From the human T2T-CHM13v2.0 reference genome, Homo sapiens: a DNA stretch of 64,000 nt. A program made the position numbers and the translations under genes. Location: NCBI RefSeq assembly GCF_009914755.1, contig NC_060932.1; one strand, given 5' to 3'. Positions 44,643 through 57,744 of this stretch are shown here, piece by piece. Position 1 is the first letter of the stretch. Every line of letters begins with the position of its first letter. Below the pieces are notes generated by a model that searched no databases, was not told the DNA's origin, and was given only the letters and a program-made list of their open reading frames with translations.

Positions 44643-46643
44643 AGGAATATTTTATCCAGAAAAGCTGTCTTTCAGAAGTGAGGAAGAAATAAAACTTCCC
44701 CAGACAAATAAAAGCTAAGGAAGTTTATCACCACTAGACTTACCTTTACAGGAATTGCTAAAGGGAGTTCTTTAAACTGAAACAAAAGGTTGCTAAATAA
44801 TAACGCTAAACATATGAAAGCACAAAACCTAATGGTGTAGGTAATACAGAGCAATAATCAGAACACTCTAGTACTGTAATAGTGATATATAATTATATTC
44901 CGAGTATGAGGGTTAAAGGGCAAAATTGTTAATAACAACTAGAGCTAAAATAAATTACCAAGGGATACATATCACAAAATGATGTAAATTCAGACAACAA
45001 AAACATAAAATGTGGGAGGGGAGTAAAAGTTTAGAGTTGTACGCAATAAAAGTTAAGCTGTTACCAGCTTGAAATAGACTGTTATAAGATATTCTGTGTA
45101 AACTTCATGATAACCAAAAAGCAAAAGTAAATAAGAGATAGAAAAAACAAAATTTAAAAAGATTCAGAACATACCACTACAGAAAACCATCAAATCACAA
45201 AGGAAGACATCAAGAGAGGAAGAAAGAAACAAAGTATCTATAAAACAACCAGAAAACAATGAACAAAATGGTATTTGTAGGTTCTTACCTAGCATTAATT
45301 ACCTTGAATGTACATGTATTAAATTCCCCAATTCAAAGACATAGAGTGAATGAATGGATAAAGAAACAAGAGACAACTATATGCTATCTACAAGAGATTC
45401 ACTTCATTTTTAAGGACACACATAGACTGAAAGAGAAGGGATGAAAAAAGATATTTCACAAAAAAGGAAACCAAAAGAGAGCAGAGGTAGCGATACTTGC
45501 TTGTATCAGACAAAATAGATTTTAAGTAGAAAATTATACAAACAGAGAAAGAATGACATTCTATAATGAAAAAGAGGTCACTTCATCAAGAGGACATAAA
45601 AATTATAAACACATGTGCACTCCACAGTGGAGCACCTAAATATATAAAGCAAATATTAACGGATCTGAAGGGAGAGAGAGATTGCCATTCAATAGCAGCA
45701 GGGGACTTCAATACAGTGCTTTCAATATAGAACAGATCATGTAGACAGAAAGTTATTGAGGAACCATTGGACTTGAAGAACTCTTTAGATCATATGGAAC
45801 TAACAGACATATGCAGAACATTCCAGCCAACAGCAACAGAATACACATTCACTTTAAGAACACAGAGTACATTCTCTAGGGTAGATCATTTGTTAGGCCA
45901 CAGGACAAATCTTGGCAAATTTAAGAAGATTGAAATCATATCAAATATTTTTTCAACCATAACGGTATGAAACTAAAAACTAACAACAGGAGAAATTTCA
46001 GAAAATTCACAAATAAATGTCAAAAAACATACTACTTAGCAATGAAGGTCAATATAGAAATTAGGAAATTAAAAAATATCTTGAGACCAATGAAAATGGA
46101 AACATAGCATACCAAAACTTGTGTAATGCAGCAAAAGCAGTTGTAAGAGGAAAGTTTGTAGCAAAAACGCCTACATCAAAAGAGAAGAATGTTTGCAAAT
46201 AAACAATCTAATATCACATCTAAAGGAAATACAAAAAAGAAGAACAAACTAAGCCCAATGCTAGCAGAAGTAAAGAGTAAAGATCAGGACAAATAAATAG
46301 AGACTAGAAAAACAATATGGAAGATTGATTAAACTAAGAGTTGGTTTTTTAAAAAGATAAACAAAATTGACAAACCTTTAGCTAGACTAACCAAGAAAAA
46401 AGAAAAAAGACTAAGATAAAATCAGAAACGAAAGTGGAAACATTACAACTGACACCGCAGAAATACAAAGAAAAATAAGAGACTATCATGAAAAATTATA
46501 GGACAAGCAATGGAGAAACTTAGAGGAAACAGATAAATTCCTAAACATATACAACCTGCTAAGACTGAATCACAAGAAATAGAAAATCTGAACAGACTGA
46601 TAATGGAGTGAGGAGACTGAATCAGCAATAAAAAGTCTCCCAT

Positions 46644-47095
46644 TGTTATAGTTTGAATATGGTTTGTTTATTCTCACCAAAACTCATGCTGCAATTTGAT
46701 CCCTAATGTGGTGGTGTTGGGAGGTGGGCTCAATGGCAGGTGCTGGGGTTATGGAGGCAGATTCCTCATGAATGGCTTGGTGCCGTTCTCCTAGTAGTAA
46801 GTTCTTGCTTTTGAAAGACTGGGCTAATTCCCACAAGAATGGATTAGTTCCTATGAGAGGAGCCTATTATAAAGCCAGAATGCCCCTCAAGTTCCTGGCT
46901 CTGTGCCCATGTCTGCTTTTCCTTTGATCTTCTCTGCCATGTTGTGATGCAGCATGAAAGCCCTCTCTAGAGGTCAGGGCCATGCATGACCTTAAACTTC
47001 TCAGCCTGCAGAACTGTGAGCTAAATAGCCTCTTTTGTATATAAATTACCCAGTCTCAGGTATTCTTTTATAGCGACACAAAATGGACTAAGACA
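46644..47095 (+). mobile_element. MSTB-like MaLR solo LTR in L1 ORF2
   Basis: TGTTATAGTTTGAATATGG...AAATTACCCAGTCTCAGG...GGACTAAGACA; perfect 5-bp TSD CCCAT. Confidence 0.9.
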
Positions 47096-48057
47096 CCCAT
47101 TAAAGAAAAATCAAGAACCTGAAGTCTTCATGACTGAATTCTACCAAACGTTTAAATAAAAACTAATACTAATTCTCTACAGACTTCCAAAAAAACTGAA
47201 GAGAAGAGAATACTTCCAAATTCTTTTTGCAAGGGCAGCAATAACCTGACACCAAGGCCGGACAAAAATATCACAAAATAAGAAAACTACAGACCAATAT
47301 CTTTGACGAATATAGACGCAGAAATCCTCAACAAAATGCTAGCAAACTCAACAGTGCATTAGAAGGATCAATCACCATCAAGTGGGATTTATTCCTGGGA
47401 TGCAAGGATGGTTCAACATTCACAGATCAATAAATGAGAGACACCATATTAACATAATCAAGGAAAAAGCATGATTATTTCATTAAATGCAAAAAATGCA
47501 TTTGACAAAATTCAACATCTTTTCATGATAAAACCACTCAACAAATTAGGTATAGATAAAATGTATATCAACACAATAAAAGCCATATATAACAAGCCCA
47601 CAGCTAACATTATACACAATGGTGAAAAATTAGAAACCTTTCCTCTAAGATCCTGAACAAGGCAAGGATGTTCATTCATGCCACCTCTATTTAATTTAGT
47701 ATTGAAAGTCCTTGCCAGAGCACTTGGTCAAGAGAAAGAAATAAAAAGCGTCCAAACAGGAAAGAAGAAGTTAAATTGTCACTGTTGGCTGACAACATGA
47801 TCTTATACATAGAAAATCCTATAGATTCCACCAAAAATCTGTTAGAACTGATATACAAATTCAGTAAAGTTGCAGAATATAAAATTAACACACAAAAATC
47901 AGTGGCATTTCTCTACATTCACAACAAACTTTCTGAAAAAGAAATCAAGAGAACAATCCCATTTACAATAGTTACAAAAAATGAAACACTTAGAAATAAA
48001 TTTAACAAAGAAAGTGAAAGAACTGTACACAAAAAACTATAAAATATGAAGGAAAGA

Positions 48058-48473
<416 letters not shown>

Positions 48474-48542
48474 CTACAGATTTAATGCAATTCATGTGAA
48501 AATCTCAATGTCACTTTTCGTAGCTGTAGAAAAAGCAAATTT

Positions 48543-48939
<397 letters not shown>

Positions 48940-49993
48940 CTACAAAGTGATAGTAATTAAAAGAGCATGGTACTAGCATAAAATAGACACATTGACCAAT
49001 GGAACAGAACAGAAATCATAGAAATGAATCTGTTCCTCTATGGTCAATGAACTTGACAAAGGTGCCAAGAATATACAATGGGAAAAGGACAGTCTGTTCA
49101 ATAAGTGGTGATAGGAAAACTGGATATCCATATGCAAAAGAATAAATTTGGACCCTTATCTCACCCCATATACAAAAATTTAACTAAAAATGGATTATAG
49201 ATTTAAACATAAAACCTGAAAACCACTGGAAAAAAACATAGGGGAAAAAACTACATGATATTTCTCCAGCCTACGATTTTTTTTTTTGGGTTTGGTTCCA
49301 AAGGCATGGGCAATGAAAGCAAAAATAGACAACTGGAATTACATAAAAATAAAAACTTCTGTACAACAAAGAAAACAATTAAGAGAGGGAGGACACAGAC
49401 TACAGATTGGGAGAAAATATTTGCAAGCCATACATCTGATAAGGGATTAATATTTAAAATATGTAAGGACCTCAACTATATAGAAAGAAAACAAATAATC
49501 CAATTTAAAAATGGGCAAAGAATCTGAATAGACACTTCTGAAAAGAAGACATATGAATGGCTAACAAATACATGAAAAAAATGCTTGACATTATTAATCA
49601 TTAGGGAAATGCAAATTAAATCCACAATGAGATATCACCTCATACCTGATAGGATGGCTATTACCAAAAAGAGGAAAGATAACAAGTGTTGGCTAGGGTG
49701 TGGAGAAAAGGGAATTCTTGTACACTGTTGGTGGGAATGTAAATTAGTACAGCCATTATGGAAAACTGTATGGTGCTTCCTTTAAAATCTGAAAACAGAT
49801 TTACCATATGATCCAGCAATGCCACAAATGGGTGTTTCTCTGAAATATTTAAAGTCAGTATGTCAAAGACATGTCTACACTCCTATTCATTGCAGCCCTA
49901 TTCACAATAGTCAAGATACAGAATCAACCTAAGTGTCCATCACTGATGAATGTATAAAGAAAATGTATATATACACAATGGAATACTAACCTA

Positions 49994-50343
<350 letters not shown>

Positions 50344-51313
50344 TCATGTGAAGTGAAATAAACCAAACACAGAAAAACAAATAACACAAGACAAATAATA
50401 CATGTTCTCACTTGATTTTGGTATTGAAAACAATTGAATTCATGGGAACTGAGAGTAGAATGGTGGTTACCAGAGGCTGAAGTTTGGAGGAATGGGGAGA
50501 TGATAATCAAAGCCTCAGTTGCATAGTAGGAATAAGTTGGATTTTTTTGAGATCTACTGCACAGCATGGTAAATACAGCTAGTAATTGAGTACTGTACAT
50601 TTTAACATCACTTAAGACAATAAATGTCAAATGTTCTCATCACAAACATTTCAAATATTTGAGGTGATGGATAAGTTTATTAGCTTCACTTAACCATTCC
50701 ATTGTATTAAAAAAATCCTAGCATAACTTTATACTGCATAAATATATACAACTATAATTCGTCTATATGTATATAATTAAAAAAAACATTTTATCTGGAA
50801 CCACCAGACTTAATCAGGTCAAGATGTGCTAGCTGCACACTAAGATTTGATTTGATACATTGGGATGTGTAAAACATATGACCACTCACATAGACATAAA
50901 TCCCACTGCTTGTAGAAGTGCTATAGGTGTATGCTCTAAAAATGTAGAAATTTAATTTGACATAATTTCTATAAAATATATGGTGCATTTGGAATCATAC
51001 GTGCTCCACTATCAAGCATATTTCTGACAGCAGGGAATGTTCATTTTGACAAGATGGTGATGAGAAACAAATCTTTTTCTTACAATTATACATATCTGAT
51101 GATATGAAGAACATTCTACAGAGTGGCTTCTGACTTCATAAATTTCAAACATTGCTTCTTTAACTCTGCTTATGGTACTGAGTGCTATAGGATGCATTCT
51201 TATCACTTTACAATGTTTCCCCCAACATAAAGCCGCTGAGTTGTGTGTTGGCACGGTGGGTGGAAGGAACAGGTAGTATGACTATAGACCAAGGGACTTC
51301 AAGTCTTAGAAAC

Positions 51314-51602
51314 TTTTTTTTTTTTTTTTTGAGACAGTCTTGCTCTGTTACCCAGGCTGGAATGTGGTGGCACGATCTCAGCTCACTGCAACCTTCCGCC
51401 TCCGGGGTTCAAGCGATTCTCCTATCTTAGCCTCCCCAGTAGCTGGAATTACAGGCGCCTGCTACCACACCTGGCTAATTTTAGTAGAGACTGGGTTTCA
51501 CCATGTTGGCCAGGCTGACCTCGAACTCCTGGCCTCAAGTGATCCTCCTGCCTCGGCCTCCCAAAGTGCTAGGATTATAGGCCTGAGTCACCTAGCCCAG
51601 CC
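51314..51602 (-). mobile_element. AluS-type SINE
   Basis: poly-T followed by an Alu body with a shortened middle linker. Confidence 0.9.
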
Positions 51603-52394
51603 TGAGTCATTTAAACGGAATCCCATTTAACCCAAACTAATTATATCCCAAATTCCACTTTAGCTGAATCCCCTCAGTACCATGACCATTTCAAAGACAT
51701 GAGGGTATGAGTGACAGATGGTAACTCTAAGTGGAATGAGACATCAGTCTAAACAGATAAAACATTTTACTTTTATATGTGAGCATGTGAACACATGGGA
51801 AGGGCCTGTCCAGGGAGGGGTCCTAAAGCTTAAGCTTCATTAGCTTTGTAGTAAATTCATCTCCCCATCTGGGCTTGAAAAGCTTGCCTAGCATGTAATC
51901 TGGAGGTTCCTAATAGGGAAGATTCACTACTCCCATATACTGATTGAAGAATAGGCATCTTTCTTACGCTCTTCGAAGCGTAAGAAAGATGGCTAATTTT
52001 TTGTATTTTTAGTAGTGACAGGTGTAAGAAATATTCAGGATCCAAAAAGGTAATAATTGTCTTTTGTATCAGATGTGATATTAACATTTCTTGAAAGCAA
52101 AAGGAAAGCATGAGTTAACTTTAACCTGCTGCCTAAATTAAGCAGTAAAAATAATTCCGTAAGAGAGTAACTCACTCCCAGGAGAAATAAATGTCATTTA
52201 AATAATATGAATGAAGAGTACCTGTGTGTCAGGCAGAACCACCCTGAATGTTTGCAGCCCAGGGGCTGTATCCTGACCTCAGGCCTCTTGCTGATAAGTA
52301 ATTTCGAGTCATGTGGGATAAGAAATATGTTGCAGTCTACGAATTGTCTACACAGTACATCAACTCACCTGAGATGATAAAATTGTTCCCTTAG

Positions 52395-52625
52395 AGCAGG
52401 ATTTAGCAAACATTGTCTATAAAGAACCAAACATAGTAAATATTTCAAATATTTATGGAGGCTAAAATTTGAATTGCATAACATTTTCATGTGTCACAAA
52501 ATATTTTTATTTTGATGTTTTTAACTATTAAAAAATATAAAAAATTTTTTAGTTTGAAGGCTGTACAAAAACAGGTGGCATGTCAGATTTTGCCCCGGAC
52601 TGTTGTTTACTGACCTTTGTTCTAA
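52395..52625. mobile_element. MER58B-like hAT-Charlie fragment
   Basis: AGCAAAC...ATAGTAAATATTT...GCTGTACAAAAACAGGTGGC...TTTACTGACC. Confidence 0.6.
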
Positions 52626-53575
52626 AATATGCAGAGAAAAGATCTGGGATTAAGCTGATGGCGGGTTTAGAAGGACACCACTTTTCTGTTCTGCATTTCT
52701 ATGCAGAAGATATTTCTCAAATTACAAATAATGCAGTATATCAGCTGTATATCAGCTGTTTGGTAGGCACCATGCTGAAGATCTAAAATGAATGATGCGG
52801 ATCTCCTCCCTCAAAGTGCTCAAATGTAACACAATCACCTTCCCAACCCATGACTTTTGATTGGCTGTTGGTGATTTGGCTTGTCTTGGCTATTGGTTTG
52901 AATTAATAGTGTATCTTATAGAGACACGGTACCAGTGCAGCACCATGGGCACAACCCAATTTGGCACGAGATCCCTGGCAGCCAAGTGGGCAGCATCTTG
53001 ATTACCAAGATGGACTGGCCACCCTGTCTGCATCTGGTGTCCTCTTCCTGCCACTGTGCTCCTTATGGTCCCTGTTACTATAATGAGTTTTGAAGTTCAA
53101 GAAGCTTTTGCACAGAAAGGATTGGTTCCAGTTACTTGCATTTTCAAGAAACATCAATTTAGGAATAAGTAAAAACATCATTTACATAATAAAAAAACAT
53201 GTTACATAATTAAAAACATCATTTTCATTAACTTAAGTTCAGCATATAAATCTTATTAATTCCATCTATAAATCTATATCTAAAATAAGAATTTCACCTT
53301 TCCTTGCTCTTTGATTACTGTTTGATTAATTTAAGTAACACAGGATAAACATCCTTAAATAATCAGCCTGTAGTTTATCAAATTCCCTTAAGCATTTTAT
53401 ACTACATTTGTAAATTTATTCAAAGAATTTTACTTCAAATGCCTGACCAGACAAGCCTACCACCCAAACAATAAAACCTTTAATATATTTAAACAACATA
53501 AATTAAATGTATAAATATAGAAACCCAATAGTTCTTTTAAGCATTCCAACTTTCAACTTAAAAATCATATGTTTA

Positions 53576-53879
<304 letters not shown>

Positions 53880-54101
53880 CTAAGTTTATAATCACATATT
53901 TTAAAGTGAAATCCCCCAACTAATCCATCAGATTTTCATGTCAAATTCTCTTAAATATTATAAGCATAATAAATACCAAACACATAGATTGTTCCAGTGA
54001 TTATAAAACCTACACTTAAACTTAATCCCGCAAATACAAATAATATGGGTCAAACTACCTTCACTAACTTTTAAACATTCTAGGGTAGAAAGACTTTTAA
54101 G

Positions 54102-54390
54102 TTGGGGTCAGCAAACTGACCTGCCATATCTGGCCTGCTGCCTGTTTTTCTATGGCCTCAAGCTAAGAATGGTTTCTGCAGTTTTAAATAGTTAAGAAAG
54201 AAAAGTAAAAGAAGATGATTTCAACACCCATAAAGGTTTATAGGAACATAGTTATGCTCATTCGCTTCCACATTGGCTATGGCTGCTTTGGGGCTACAAC
54301 ATCAGAGTTGAGTGGTTAACACAGAGACCATATGGCCCTCAAACCGAAAATATTTACTCTCTGTATCTTTACAGAAAGTTTGTTAACCCT
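54102..54390. mobile_element. MER58/Charlie-type DNA transposon remnant
   Basis: GGGGTCAGCAAAC...AAAATATTTACTCTCTGTATCTTTACAGAAAGTTTGTTAACCC termini. Confidence 0.65.
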
Positions 54391-54954
54391 CTTTTTTTTA
54401 TTTAGAAGAAACCTAAATAAACGATCATTGCAACAGAAACTTTTGCCTGAAAGGAATTTGGGACCAAAGGCAGAGAGTGTCTTTCAGAAGGTTGTTTATT
54501 GTCCACCTTCCTCCACTTACCCAGAGCACTAACAGCAGAGGTTGAGGACAGGAAAGAAGGGAATACAAAGGGAAGAAAAACTCTCTTTTGGTGTAAAAAC
54601 AGAGATCCCCTCCCACCATATGGCCACCTACCCTCCCCCTTCTCCAATGCAAGTGATACTGATTCTGAGCAGTTTAGAGCCTACTGGCAGCTGTTAAGCT
54701 GTGGGGGTGCTTCTCATAGCATGCTTAGGAGGAAGTGGTACGAGAGGGTGGTTTCCCTAATCCTTCTACCAACACAAGTTGAGATAGCATCATTTAGGTG
54801 AGAAGAAAGTTCTGACCCTTTGATTGCCATTAGCTTTGCCTTTCAGTAACCTCATGAAAAGAATTGTTGAGATGCTTCCAGACTATTATTCAGGGTCCAG
54901 TTTTCCTAGTTTAGAAGCCTCAATGTCTTTAAAGTAAGAAAAAAATAATCAAAA

Positions 54955-55890
54955 CTGGGTTGCATTTTAGTCTCTTGTTTTTGGGGTTTGGCAAGAGTAT
55001 GTTTACCTAAGTTGATAATAAAGTCAGAGATGGGGGCTTGCAGATTTAATTGGAAATAGTTCTTGAAATTGAGTGAGTGTACGTACATGCATGTGTGAGC
55101 GTCTATTGACTGTTATGTCCTTCAAGCATGAATTAATTAGCACCTTGTGGTTACCATGCCAGCCTGGAATATTCAAGGTAAGTTCAGCTGCAATGGATTT
55201 AGCAGGAATCAGGCTCTGACCATGCTGAGTCACAGCACCCCCAAAGTTAAAAAATACCAAATGCATGACAGTGCTCCCATGATTGATTAATAGGGTGGTA
55301 GTCATTAGTTCATCGAGATGTCTTATTTAAGGGGAATGTGTTGGCGGTCTTAGTTTTATGGCCCTGAAGTAAGAACCAGATGCCAGGTACAGTTTCAGTA
55401 TAGTCACCCCCAAGTGTTATGGGCCCAGAGCGAGGGGAGTAGCACTCTCGAGTGGGATGATGATTTCTTGGAGGTTGGTAGATTAAGAGACCAAAAATTG
55501 GTAGGGGATATCCATGTTGACGAGGGATGTCTTGACTGAAATGTGCTATGTCCAATGAACGAGTATATGTACTATGTAATATTAAGTAATATTAAGTAAT
55601 GTAAGATTTACAGTACTGGTCAATATCCATGTGGGGTAATGTACGGTTAATGACAGTGGATGTGCGACAGTTGATTAAGGGATTATTAGTACATGCTTAT
55701 ATGCATGTGGACTGGATTTTTAATGTATTGTTAAACATGAATGTACTATGTACTGTTAAGCATTTATATACTATATATTACTCATTCATGGGGACTAGCC
55801 GTAATGTACAAAGTACATAAAGGCACTATTACAATAGTGCTAGTTGATTAATACTGACATGGTAGTCAAAGTATATGCTGAGAAAGAATT
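54955..55890 (-). other. NUMT control region (D-loop) with CSB3, degenerate CSB2, CSB1, central domain and ETAS
   Basis: CSB3 TGCCAAACCCCAAAAACA (reverse complement, 54976-54993); CSB1-like TTAATTCATGCTTGAAGGACATAA; central domain GGCATCTGGTTCTTACTTCAGGGCCAT and CCCCTTAAATAAGACATCTCGATG. Confidence 0.9.
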
Positions 55891-55957
55891 CAGGGAATTG
55901 TTTAATTAGAATTTCAGCTTTGGGTGTTAACGGTGAAGCAGGATATTTTTTCCCTGA
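55891..55957 (+). tRNA. mt-tRNA-Pro pseudogene (NUMT)
   Basis: CAGGGAA...AGCTTTGGGTGTT...TTCCCTGA, anticodon TGG. Confidence 0.85.
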
Positions 55958-55959
55958 GT

Positions 55960-56025
55960 TGTCCTGGGGAAGGATCCTCCATTTCTGGTTTACAAGACCA
56001 GAGTATTGAATTATACTACAAGAGC
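55960..56025 (-). tRNA. mt-tRNA-Thr pseudogene (NUMT)
   Basis: Reverse complement GCTCTTGTAGTATAA...CTGGTCTTGTAAACCAG, anticodon TGT. Confidence 0.85.
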
Positions 56026-56026
56026 A

Positions 56027-57151
56027 TCTTCATTTAAGCAGTTTATTTTCAATTAGGCCAGAGAGTGGCATAAGGGTAAGGATGATAGAGAAATACACAA
56101 GAGATGCTGTCTGTTCGATGGTGATAAAAGGGTATTGGACTGGCTGTCCCCCAACTCATGTGAGTGTAAATAGGTCAGCCACTAAGATTCAGAATAGGCC
56201 TTTACTCAATGGTCAAAATATTATGCTTTGTTGTTTGGACATGTGAAGTACAGGAATAACTGCCAGAATGAGAATGGAGAACATAAGGGCCAGTATGTCT
56301 CCTAGTTTATTAGGGAAGGATCGTAAGATTGCATAAGCAAACAAAAAGTACCAGTCTGGTTTAATGTGGGGTGGGGTGTTGAGGGGGTTGGCTAAAGTGT
56401 AGTTATCTGGGTTGTTCAGGAGGTCAAGCAAAAATAGTACTAGAGTTATTAGAAGGAGCAGGAGAAAAATTAAACCTAAAACATCTTTGGTTGTGTAGTG
56501 GGGTGGAAAGTTATTTTGTCAGGGTCTGATGAAACCCCTGAAGGGTTATTAGATCCTGTTTCATGTAGAAATAAAAGGTGAACAGCTGCTAGAGCTGTAA
56601 TGATGAAGGGTAAGATGAAATGGAAGGCATAAAATCATGTAAGGGTGGCTTTGTCTACTGAGAGCCCACCTCAGATTCATCGCACAAGGTCAGTTCCAAT
56701 ATATATGGGATGGCTGATAGATTTGTAATTATTGTTGCACCTCAGAATGATATGTGGCCTCATGGGAGCACGTAGCCTATGAATGCTGTCACCATAGTTG
56801 TGAGTAGGAGGATAATGCCGATGTTTCAGGTTTCTAGAAATGCAAATAATCCATAGTATAAGTCCTGGCCAACGTGTAAGAAGAGGCAGATGAAAAATAT
56901 TGAAGTGCCGTTAGCATGAAAATAGCAGACTATTCAGCCATAGTGTGAGTGACTGAAGAGAAGGCAGTTGAGGTGTCTGATGTGTAATGCATGGCTATGA
57001 ATAGCCCTGTTATGAATGCCTGGAGGGTTAGGCAGGCACCAAGAAGTGAGCTGAAGTTTCATCATGTAGAAATTTTAGATGGTGTGGGAAGATCGATGAA
57101 TGAATGACTAATAATTTTTGTTAGCAGGTGTGTTTTGCAGGGATTGGTCAT
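56027..57151 (-). pseudogene. MT-CYB pseudogene
   Basis: MTNPCKTH...[47 protein letters not shown]; contains indels. Confidence 0.95.
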
Positions 57152-57155
57152 TAGC

Positions 57156-57224
57156 ATTATTATAGTTGAAATACAATGAAGATTTTTCATGTCATTAGTC
57201 ATGGTTGTAGTTCATGTGGGAATA
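57156..57224 (+). tRNA. mt-tRNA-Glu pseudogene (NUMT)
   Basis: TAGTTGAAATACAA...TTTTTCATGTC...GGTTGTAGTTC, located between CYTB and ND6. Confidence 0.85.
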
Positions 57225-57744
57225 ATGGCATATACTGCATTTTTATTAAGTGTCCTTTTGGTTATAGGGTTTGCAGGTTTCTCTTCAAAACCTTCTCTTA
57301 TTTATGGAGGTCTAGGGCTAATTATCAGTGGTGCTGTAGGTTGTGGTATTGTGTTGAATTTTGGTGGGGTTTTGTGGGGTTGATAGTCTTTATTTATTTG
57401 GGTGGCATGACGGTTGTTTTTGGTTATACTACAGTTTTGGCTACTGAGAAGTACCCTGAAACATGAGGATCAAGTATTGATATCTGGGTGGCTTTATTAT
57501 TAGGATTTTTAATGGAGTTGATGCTGGTTTGGTGAATAGTTTAGCACGATGAAGTGGGGATCACGATTGATTTCAATAGTGTAAAGAGTTGGATGATTTT
57601 GAGGGTGAGGGGGCTGGGTAGTTGCGTGAAGATTCTGTGGGTGCAGCTGCCTTGTGCAACTATGGGTGTTGGTTAGTGGTAGTTGCTGGTTGATCATTAT
57701 TTGTTAGTATTTATGTTGTGATTGAAATTACTTAGAGTAACAGA
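57225..57744 (+). pseudogene. MT-ND6 pseudogene
   Basis: [49 protein letters not shown]; frameshifted. Confidence 0.93.

Noticed and set aside
52736-52758. GTATATCAGCT tandem duplicate
   Set aside because: An ordinary 11-bp slippage duplication.
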